Source: Candidatus Spongiihabitans sp. (GTDB lineage Bacteria > Pseudomonadota > Gammaproteobacteria > Arenicellales > Poriferihabitantaceae). Taken from it: a DNA stretch of 64,000 nucleotides. Positions 54,702 to 64,000 of this stretch are shown one piece after another. The notes beneath the pieces are model-generated. The model was not told the DNA's origin and made no database searches. It saw only the letters and a list, made by a program, of their open reading frames with translations. The stretch covers positions 196,938 to 260,937 of the forward strand of contig NZ_OZ252047.1 of NCBI RefSeq assembly GCF_965247905.1. The letters are read 5' to 3'. Numbering within the stretch: the stretch's first letter is position 1; the number at the start of each line of letters is the position of its first letter. Both the position numbers and the translations under genes were made by a program.

Positions 54702-55760
54702 CTATATCCTGTCCCCGTGCTCGTCAAAGAAGAACACGGCATTGACATCTATGCCCCAATGAATTTGATCGCCGAGCTTGCAGGTTTGTTCGCCGCTTTG
54801 AATCGAGCGGAAGATTTGTCCGCCGCCGAGCTTGAGGTCGTAGAGAATTTCTCGGCCCTGGCTTTCAACAAAGGTGACTTCACCTTCAATAGCGGTTGCG
54901 AAATCCGGCTGCAGGCATTCGGGGCGGACGCCAATGGCGATTTTTTGTCCGGCCGACACCGACGCCCCCTTGATCTGAGCCGGTAATTCAAAGCTCAGTC
55001 CATGGGCGACAAAACGGCCGTCTTCAACCAAGCCATCGGCAAACGATATCGGCGGGTTGCCGATGAAGCCGGCGATAAATTTGTTCTTGGGTTGGTGGTA
55101 CATTTCATCAGGCGTTCCGATTTGCTGAATCTTGCCCTTGTGCATCAAGGCAATGCGATCGCACATGCTCATTGCTTCGACCTGATCGTGGGTAACTAGA
55201 ATGGACGTGCAGCCGGATTCCCGCTGAATTCGGCGGATTTCGCTACGCATATCGAGCCGCAGCCCCGCGTCGAGATTGGCCAACGGCTCATCCATCAACA
55301 AAACGTCCGGCCTGCGCACCAGGGCTCGGGCCAAGGCGACTCGCTGCTGCTGGCCGCCCGAAAGTTGGCCGGGCCGGCGACCCAGAAGCTCTTCTATGTG
55401 CAGGGTGTTGGCGATATCCTTAACCTTGCGCTCAATATCGGCATTGCTCTCTTTGCGAATTCGCAACGGAAAAGCGATGTTCTCGTAAACGCTGAGGTGC
55501 GGGTACAGGGCGAATGACTGGAACACGACGCCGGCTTTCCGCTGCTGAGGCGCTAACTGGGTGACCTCGCGATCGCCGAACCAAATCCGCCCGGCGCTTA
55601 CCCGGTGCAGCCCGCAGATGGCGTACAGCGTTGTTGTCTTGCCGCACCCCGACGGCCCCAACAGGGCGATCATTTCGCAATCGCCGATGGCCAGGTCCAG
55701 ATCCTCAATCACCTTGACCGGGCCGAATGATTTCGAGAATTTTTCCAATCTGATTTCCAT
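54702..55760 (-). CDS. Sugar ABC transporter ATP-binding protein (MalK/UgpC type)
   Basis: Walker A GPSGCGKTT, LSGGQQQRVALARAL, LLMDEPL, plus a C-terminal TOBE-like regulatory domain. Confidence 0.9.
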   Translation of the reverse strand: MEIRLEKFSKSFGPVKVIEDLDLAIGDCEMIALLGPSGCGKTTTLYAICGLHRVSAGRIWFGDREVTQLAPQQRKAGVVFQSFALYPHLSVYENIAFPLRIRKESNADIERKVKDIANTLHIEELLGRRPGQLSGGQQQRVALARALVRRPDVLLMDEPLANLDAGLRLDMRSEIRRIQRESGCTSILVTHDQVEAMSMCDRIALMHKGKIQQIGTPDEMYHQPKNKFIAGFIGNPPISFADGLVEDGRFVAHGLSFELPAQIKGASVSAGQKIAIGVRPECLQPDFATAIEGEVTFVESQGREILYDLKLGGGQIFRSIQSGEQTCKLGDQIHWGIDVNAVFFFDEHGDRI

Positions 55761-56584
55761 TAGCCTTTGCTCCCCCCGCCATAGATATTCATTAGTTTGT
55801 CCTGGGTAAAGAGGTAAAAAATCATGACCGGAATGACATAAAACAGTCCGACCGCTTTAAAGAGCCCGAAATCGGACAGGTAATCGTCGATCAGAAGGCC
55901 GGCCAGATAGACCGACAACAGCCGGGCCTCCGAGCTCGGCGCAAGGATCAGCGGCAGCACGAATTCGCTCCATCCGGCCATGAATGAGAATATCGCCAGC
56001 GCGGCGATTCCGGGCATGACTTGGGGCAGGATGAGTTTGTGCCAAACCTGGAAACGACTGGCGCCGTCCTGCAGTCCCGCCATCTCGATCTCCCAAGGCA
56101 CCGTGTCATAAAAGCCCTTCATTATCCATATGCCAAACGGAAGTTCGAGGGCGGACTTGACCAGGATGACGCCGATTAGCGTGTCGAACAGGCCGACTAA
56201 TTGCAGCATGAGAAAAATCGATATGATCAAAGTGACGCTGGGGAAGGAATGGAGCACCAATACCACGCCAAGAAACTGGGCGCGGAACGGGAACTTCAAG
56301 CGCGATAGCGCATAGCCCGCGGTGGACGACAGGACCACGACAATGGTGACGACGCTGGTTGCAAAAAGGGTGGTGTTGAGCGTCGCGGTCCAAACACTGC
56401 CGTGACCGGGGATCTCCTCGGTCAGGAAGCGCCAGTTTCTAAGCGTGAACTTTTCCGGCCAGATGCTCTCAATATTGATTTCGGACACTGAATCGATGAA
56501 CAGCCAAACGTACATGATCAAGATCGGTGCCGAGATGATCAGCAAAAATAGGGTCAGAGGCCAATTGATTTTACGATCATCCAT
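55760..56584 (-). CDS. Carbohydrate ABC transporter permease (MalG-like)
   Basis: Start taken at the ATG at 56584 (MDDRKINWPLTLFLL...), 2 nt after the upstream permease stop. The EAA-loop region is present (EMAGLQDGASRFQVWHKLILP). Confidence 0.85.
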   Translation of the reverse strand: MDDRKINWPLTLFLLIISAPILIMYVWLFIDSVSEINIESIWPEKFTLRNWRFLTEEIPGHGSVWTATLNTTLFATSVVTIVVVLSSTAGYALSRLKFPFRAQFLGVVLVLHSFPSVTLIISIFLMLQLVGLFDTLIGVILVKSALELPFGIWIMKGFYDTVPWEIEMAGLQDGASRFQVWHKLILPQVMPGIAALAIFSFMAGWSEFVLPLILAPSSEARLLSVYLAGLLIDDYLSDFGLFKAVGLFYVIPVMIFYLFTQDKLMNIYGGGSKG

Positions 56585-56586
56585 GG

Positions 56587-57957
56587 TCAGTTCTCTATAG
56601 GCGGGTCGGCGACCAGCTTCTTGAAATCGAATAGCCGAAGGTAAAACAGCGATAGCGCGATGCCGACAACCACCAGCACGACGGCCAGCGTTGCGCCCAT
56701 GCCGTAGCGCAAGTTGCCGAAGTAGTTCGACAGCGCCGTGTGATAGGCGTTCAGCGCCCAGGTCTCGGTGGTGTAGAACCCAGGCCCGCCATCGGTCAGC
56801 AAAAGAATGTATTCGAACGAGGTCAACAGGCTCAGGGTCTGGTAGCTGGTGATAAACAGGATCGGCCAAGCCATCAACGGCAGTATGATACGCCGTACTT
56901 GTTGCCAGGCATAGGCGCCGTCAACTTCGGCCGCACGCAATACGTCCGCGGGGATCGCCAGCACGGCGCTGGCAAATATGATCATGCCCATGCTGGCGCC
57001 GACAAACCCATTGGCGATAATCACAAAGGTCCATGGAAATTCATTCAGCCAGTTTTCGGGCTGCACGCCGAACATTCCGAGGAAGTGGCTCATGAAGCCG
57101 CTGTCGAAGGTAAACCACTTCCACAGCATCACGTAGATAACCGACGGGCTGATACGCGGGATCAGCCATATAGCACGGAAAAACCTTGACTGCCCGGGCG
57201 GCATGTAGAATGTGGCGAGCGCCAGCAAAAGCGCAAACCCGACGTTGAAAAAAAGAGTGAGAAAGACATAGAATGCGGTGTTGGCCATGACCTTCACGGT
57301 AAATTCACTGGCCATTAACTCGACGTAGTTGTCAGCGGTCCATCGCCAACTGGTGTTGGTCAATTCGAGCAAGCGAGCAAACGTGGCGTCGTCGACTTTA
57401 ATGCCCAATGAGACGAGGCCGGCGCGGAATGCTTTTGCTGTGGTAAATTCGCGGTTGGCGACGGTGCTGACCACCGATTTGGATATGTCCTTGCGATCCT
57501 TAAACTTGCGCGGGCGGTGGTTCAGCCGCTTCAGGGCGGCAAAGAGCGCCTGCTCGGACGCAAACGCCTGGCCCGCCAGCGTCTCCTCTATCTCCTGCAT
57601 CACCGGCGGTTCCAGACCGATTTTCCTGACCTTGGCCAGGCCCGCCGCGTCCAACGCGAACACCCTGGCGCCCAACTGCTTGACCAGGGCGGCATCAACG
57701 CCCGCATCGGTCATGTCCCGAATTGATGATTCGGTGACGACGTACCGATTGCCGAGAATCCCGGTGTCGGAAGTCATTGAGGTGAAACTGAACACGACGG
57801 TCATTAACACCGGAACGACGAAGAACAGGGTTACCGCAATTGAAGCGGGCAACATGAACCAGACCGGGAAGAGCGAGCGGCGCATGCGCATCGGCTTGTT
57901 TTGCTCTCTGTGTTTAGCCTGGATTAGTGATTCGGATTGACTAATCCTGATATTCAC
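56587..57957 (-). CDS. Carbohydrate ABC transporter permease (MalF-like) with a long periplasmic loop
   Basis: 456 aa. A loop of about 170 aa follows TM1. EAA loop AAEVDGAYAWQQVRRIILP. The start may be the Met at 57891. Confidence 0.85.
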   Translation of the reverse strand: MNIRISQSESLIQAKHREQNKPMRMRRSLFPVWFMLPASIAVTLFFVVPVLMTVVFSFTSMTSDTGILGNRYVVTESSIRDMTDAGVDAALVKQLGARVFALDAAGLAKVRKIGLEPPVMQEIEETLAGQAFASEQALFAALKRLNHRPRKFKDRKDISKSVVSTVANREFTTAKAFRAGLVSLGIKVDDATFARLLELTNTSWRWTADNYVELMASEFTVKVMANTAFYVFLTLFFNVGFALLLALATFYMPPGQSRFFRAIWLIPRISPSVIYVMLWKWFTFDSGFMSHFLGMFGVQPENWLNEFPWTFVIIANGFVGASMGMIIFASAVLAIPADVLRAAEVDGAYAWQQVRRIILPLMAWPILFITSYQTLSLLTSFEYILLLTDGGPGFYTTETWALNAYHTALSNYFGNLRYGMGATLAVVLVVVGIALSLFYLRLFDFKKLVADPPIEN

Positions 57958-57969
57958 GCTTCAATGCCT

Positions 57970-57997
57970 CCGGTCCGGCAACCGCCTGCCGAACCGG
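57970..57997 (-). promoter_or_regulatory. Intercistronic GC-rich hairpin between the SBP and permease genes
   Basis: On the minus strand, CCGGTTCGGCA-GGCGGT-TGCCGGACCGG forms an 11-bp stem (one G-U pair). There is no T-run, so it is more likely an mRNA stabiliser or attenuator than a full terminator. Confidence 0.3.
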
Positions 57998-58032
57998 AAT
58001 AATGTCCCGAAGCGCGAATAGTATTGCTGGCG

Positions 58033-59394
58033 TTAGCGGATAACCACTTTATTCCCCATCGTGGCTTGCATCTCCCTGACCACCGTATCGACCGCTTGCT
58101 CCGGGGTGAGGTCGCCGCTCCAGGTCGCGGTCAGGCCCTTCCAGACGAGCGTGTCGTATTGTCCAAAATTGACATTGTTGGGTAGCGCGAAAGCGCTTTT
58201 CAACAGTTCCGTGGCTTCCGCCGTCCAGCGATCGTCGGAATATTGCGTGACCTTGGTCTGAGCCGTGGTGATGCCGAGATGGGCCGAGGCTATGGCATGG
58301 AGCGTATTGAGCCTGGGCTCGGAGACTATGGTGATGAGCCGCCCCGCGATTTCCAGTTCATCCCCGCTTGCCTGCTTCGAAATCAGATAGGTCAGCGGAT
58401 GCGTGAGCGTGGTCGCCTTGCCGCCCGAACCGCCAGACGGGATCAGCGAAAACATGACCGTGCCAAAGAAGTCCTTGAGGCCTTCGCGACGGGTATAGCG
58501 GGCATAGTGCCAGGTGCCGCCGTGCCACAGTCCGGCCTTGCCGTTGGCCACCTCGTTGTACCATTGGTCCCACTCCATCCCCAGATGATTCTTCTTGGTC
58601 ACTCCGTGCTTGAACACCGCGTCGTGGAAGAACTGGTAATATCCGAGCAGGGCGCCCTTGTCCAGGAGCAGCTTGCCGCTCTTGGCGTCGATCATGTCGC
58701 CACCCTTCTGGACCGCGTAGAACTGCCAGTAGTCACCGCCTTTGGTGGCGCGGGGATAAAATCCGTAGCCCTTCTCCACCAGGCCCTTATCCTGAATTTT
58801 CTTGGCATCCTCGAGAACGTTTTGCAACGTGTACTGACCGCTTTTGACTTTCGCGGGCAGCGCCGCGATGTCGGCATCCGAATAACCAATCGCCTTTAAG
58901 TGAGGATTCCAGGCGAAGAAAGGCCTGGATTCGGCATCCTGAGGCGCGCCCCAGACCTGCCCATTCCATGACATGATTGGCCACAGGCTGGGAAAAACAT
59001 CTGAGAAAGGCCAAGCCTCAAGATCGACGATGTCCTCGATCGGTATGATCAAGCCGGCGCTCCCCCACACCGGGATGTCCTCATGGCCGCCAACGATAAT
59101 GTGCGGTCCTTTACCGGCCTCGACGGCTAGCGAGAAACCCTGTTTCAGTTGCTGCCAGGTCTGTGAACCGGCGAATGATCGCGCTGACACTTTGACCTGG
59201 ATATCGCGACCCTCGATCTCCAGTTCCTCGTTGAGAACGTTGGCGGCTAGCGCGACGGCTTTGAAGCGGTAGCGTTCGTTCTGGTCGGCTGGCGCCCAAA
59301 CCACGATCTCCATTTCTTTGGCCTGAGCAGGTGGTAACACAAACAAAATGGCGAAAATCGCCATGAGATAAGATTTTCTAAATAAAGATGTCAC
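58033..59394 (-). CDS. Extracellular solute-binding protein (family 1) of the sugar ABC transporter
   Basis: Signal peptide (MTSLFRKSYLMAIFAILFVLPPAQA). 453 aa. First gene of the ABC operon. Confidence 0.85.
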   Translation of the reverse strand: MTSLFRKSYLMAIFAILFVLPPAQAKEMEIVVWAPADQNERYRFKAVALAANVLNEELEIEGRDIQVKVSARSFAGSQTWQQLKQGFSLAVEAGKGPHIIVGGHEDIPVWGSAGLIIPIEDIVDLEAWPFSDVFPSLWPIMSWNGQVWGAPQDAESRPFFAWNPHLKAIGYSDADIAALPAKVKSGQYTLQNVLEDAKKIQDKGLVEKGYGFYPRATKGGDYWQFYAVQKGGDMIDAKSGKLLLDKGALLGYYQFFHDAVFKHGVTKKNHLGMEWDQWYNEVANGKAGLWHGGTWHYARYTRREGLKDFFGTVMFSLIPSGGSGGKATTLTHPLTYLISKQASGDELEIAGRLITIVSEPRLNTLHAIASAHLGITTAQTKVTQYSDDRWTAEATELLKSAFALPNNVNFGQYDTLVWKGLTATWSGDLTPEQAVDTVVREMQATMGNKVVIR

Positions 59395-59488
59395 TTTTTG
59401 CCTCCGGTTTTGAATTTATTCGAGCCTGTATCTGGGCTTATTCATTGGTCAATATCACCAATTCAAGTCTGCAAAACAGAATTATAAT

Positions 59489-59536
59489 AGAAAATTTATT
59501 CTATGTTCAATTATTTTGCAATATAAATTCCATTTT
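59489..59536. promoter_or_regulatory. AT-rich candidate operator pair upstream of the second sugar ABC operon
   Basis: AGAAAATTTATTCTATGTT (59489-59507) and TTGCAATATAAATTCCATTTT (59516-59536). They match the pair at 40076-40122 in order and spacing. Confidence 0.3.
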
Positions 59537-59678
59537 ATATTAGGGGCCGGTTATGTCAAGGGTTTTGTTAATGCCAAGCAAACGGTCCGGATTTGCAACC
59601 CGTGAGGCATCCGAATTTATAGCGGCTGGTTTTGGCGGCTGCCCTGGGTTGAGCGAGTCGCGGCAGCGCGCGCGCCAT

Positions 59679-60524
59679 CTACAAACTGAATGAATCCGCG
59701 GGGCGTTTTTCCCTGAGTATGGCCGCAACCAAGGCGCCCGCCAATAACACCAACCAGCACAGGTATATCCATAGAAAAAAGATGGGAATGGTTGCCAAAG
59801 CGCCGTAAATACGCTGGTATGAGTTGAAGTTCAGGAGATAGATTCCAAACCCCAGCTTCAAGGCTTCAAATAAAACCGTGGCCACAACACCGCCCACAAA
59901 AGAGTCGCGCACCCTGATCTCCAGGTTGGGTATGGCTTGGTAAAACAACATAAACGCACACAACTCGAATAGTATGGGCAAGTACTTCAACAGCAGCTGG
60001 GTAAAACCGACGACCACGGGCTGCTCTGAAAACACCGACATGGAAAGCAGCGCCGAGCTCATGGAAAGGCTGATCGCAATCAACACAGGTCCGAGGGTTA
60101 ATACCGACCAATAAACGATTAAGCGCAGGAACCAGTCGCGTCCTTTCCTGATTTTCCAGATCTCATTGAACGCATCCTCAATGGTTGCTAACAGGAACAA
60201 ACTGCTCAGGAGCAAAAAGACCAGCCCGACCGCGGTCAGCTTGCCAGCCTTATCCGAGAATTCCAGGATGTAGCCCTTAACCGTTTCACTGGCTGCGGGC
60301 ATAAAATTTTCGAATAAAAACGTCTCAATATCACTCGACCACTCTCCAAATACCGGAAACAGGGAGAGCATGGAAAAAATGACCGTAACCAGCGGCACCA
60401 GCGCCAAGAGCGTGGTGAAAGACAGCGCTGCCGCGGTGCTAAAACAGCAATCCTGATTGAATCGGCGAAACACCTCGCCTGAGAATGATTTTAGCTGGTT
60501 GAGCGGTTGCTCCAATTTCCACAT
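59679..60524 (-). CDS. YihY/BrkB-family membrane protein
   Basis: 281-aa polytopic protein with a typical YihY N-terminus (FRRFNQDCCFSTAAALSFTTLLALVPL). Confidence 0.85.
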   Translation of the reverse strand: MWKLEQPLNQLKSFSGEVFRRFNQDCCFSTAAALSFTTLLALVPLVTVIFSMLSLFPVFGEWSSDIETFLFENFMPAASETVKGYILEFSDKAGKLTAVGLVFLLLSSLFLLATIEDAFNEIWKIRKGRDWFLRLIVYWSVLTLGPVLIAISLSMSSALLSMSVFSEQPVVVGFTQLLLKYLPILFELCAFMLFYQAIPNLEIRVRDSFVGGVVATVLFEALKLGFGIYLLNFNSYQRIYGALATIPIFFLWIYLCWLVLLAGALVAAILREKRPADSFSL

Positions 60525-60592
60525 TTTATCGCTTGCCTCGCCCGGCGAAAGGGATATTATTGGAAATTATAGCATTTCAACTATTCAGCATT

Positions 60593-61150
60593 ATGAAAAC
60601 AGTCGCATTTGCGCACATGGCGGACGGCACCGCCGCGGACTACGCCCTGCTTGCCGAGCAAGAAAAGCGGTTTACCGCCGCCCTGCCTGCGCGCCTGATG
60701 CGCGCGCTTGAAGCGTTGGAACATTCATTTTCCGGCTACCGCGTCAGCCGGCTGGAACATTCGTTGCAATCCGCAACCCGCGCCCATGATGCCGGCGAGG
60801 AGGATGGCATGGTGGCCGCGGCATTGTTGCATGATATCGGCGATGCGCTGGCGCCGGTCTGCCATAGCGAGATGGCCGCGGCGATTCTGCGACCGTATGT
60901 GTCCGAGCGAATCTATTGGATCGTCAAACACCACGGGCTGTTTCAACTGTATTACTACGCCCACTATTTCGGCCAGGACCGCAATGCCCGAGACCGATAC
61001 AAGAATCACCGCTGGTATCAGGACACGGTGGATTTTTGTGAAAACTATGACCAGAACTGTTTTGACCCGGATTTCAAGTCAAAGCCGCTGGCGTTTTTTA
61101 AACCGATGGTTGAGCGCGTTTTCGCCGAGCCTTTGCGGCATTTTGTTTAG
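60593..61150 (+). CDS. HD-domain metal-dependent phosphohydrolase/oxygenase-like protein
   Basis: Contains LEHSLQSATRA...AALLHDIGD...H.E....L...V...I..H. The ATG at 60593 is preferred to the track start at 60533. Confidence 0.75.
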   Translation: MKTVAFAHMADGTAADYALLAEQEKRFTAALPARLMRALEALEHSFSGYRVSRLEHSLQSATRAHDAGEEDGMVAAALLHDIGDALAPVCHSEMAAAILRPYVSERIYWIVKHHGLFQLYYYAHYFGQDRNARDRYKNHRWYQDTVDFCENYDQNCFDPDFKSKPLAFFKPMVERVFAEPLRHFV

Positions 61151-61182
61151 CCTATTGCCTAGCCTATTGCCCGGCCCGGCGA

Positions 61183-63630
<2,448 letters not shown>

Positions 63631-64000
63631 TTATTGCCTGAATAAAATCAGTGATTTTAACCTATTTTACGTTGAAAAGGGTTAATTCTTGTTTATCGTA
63701 TTATCTGTTTTTTCTTTATTAATCAAGGAGTTGCAGGTTCTAAAATCGCTTGTCCATCGGCGCTGTCTTGCTGTTGGCAATGGGCTTAAAATAACGCTGC
63801 TGGTCGCGCGGCGCGACTTTGCGACTTGGCTTTTAACGGCCGCTCAGGCGCGCTGTAAAAACGCGGTAGAACTCGAAAACCGCCCGCGGTGACTGATTGC
63901 GATATGTTCAAGTGTTGCCCTCTTATCTTTATGCGTCCTATGCGTAACCAGTGGCCTTTTATGGGTTTGTTTTAATTGGTCTGCTGACCTGCTCTTGAAT

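Noticed and set aside
58243-58899. A 218-aa plus-strand ORF.
   Set aside because: It is antisense to the solute-binding protein gene, which has a signal peptide and operon context. It is a shadow frame.
63689-63892. A 67-aa plus-strand ORF upstream of gyrB, and a partial minus-strand frame running off the window end.
   Set aside because: No family signal is visible, and the expected recF-like C-terminus is not recognisable. This is insufficient evidence to call a gene at the window edge.

Overview
This 64-kb chromosomal window has gammaproteobacteria-like synteny. All family calls come from motifs read by eye in the supplied translations. No HMM or BLAST search was run.

Housekeeping blocks: comEC, an alanine:cation symporter, galE, a PGI-like gene, glyQ-glyS-gmhB-plsC and rsmA-pdxA at 2.7-16 kb; yihY, an HD protein and gyrB at 59.6-63.6 kb. 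These alternate with accessory DNA that is heavily scarred by IS elements and MITEs. Catabolic content is a myo-inositol locus (iolG-E-B-D-C, an RpiR regulator, a sugar ABC transporter and a Gfo/Idh/MocA oxidoreductase, 32.4-44.4 kb), a NitT/TauT-type ABC transporter (27.2-31.0 kb), and a second sugar ABC locus with an EEP-family hydrolase (53.7-59.4 kb).

Mobile DNA includes an intact ISNCY-like IS with a 16-bp TSD, a gutted IS1595, two IS4-family 3' remnants, two IS481 copies (one truncated, one frameshifted), an IS256 remnant, two IS30 copies, two MITE families and REP-like nests.

Most interesting items:
1. A tightly coupled minus-strand operon at 17.0-23.0 kb: FHA, MotA/ExbB-like channel, FHA, PP2C, membrane-anchored coiled-coil vWA protein, and a Ser/Thr kinase-TM-ankyrin protein. 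It resembles a TerY-P or T6SS PpkA/PppA/Fha-type phospho-switch joined to a possible non-canonical stator pair. I could not assign it to any described system. It lies in a roughly 10-kb island bracketed by MITE and IS4 remnants.
2. An 8.0-kb IS30 composite transposon (44895-52901) with a 3-bp TSD that splits an iolB paralog in frame. It carries a roughly 1424-aa GHKL-ATPase/DUF3883-nuclease-like giant gene plus hicBA. The giant gene is itself interrupted by a 216-bp MITE with an 8-bp TSD.
3. An HTH-ParA fusion with a small HeH-like partner.
4. An orphan decayed 16S rRNA 3' end plus ITS fragment fused to an IS481 remnant.
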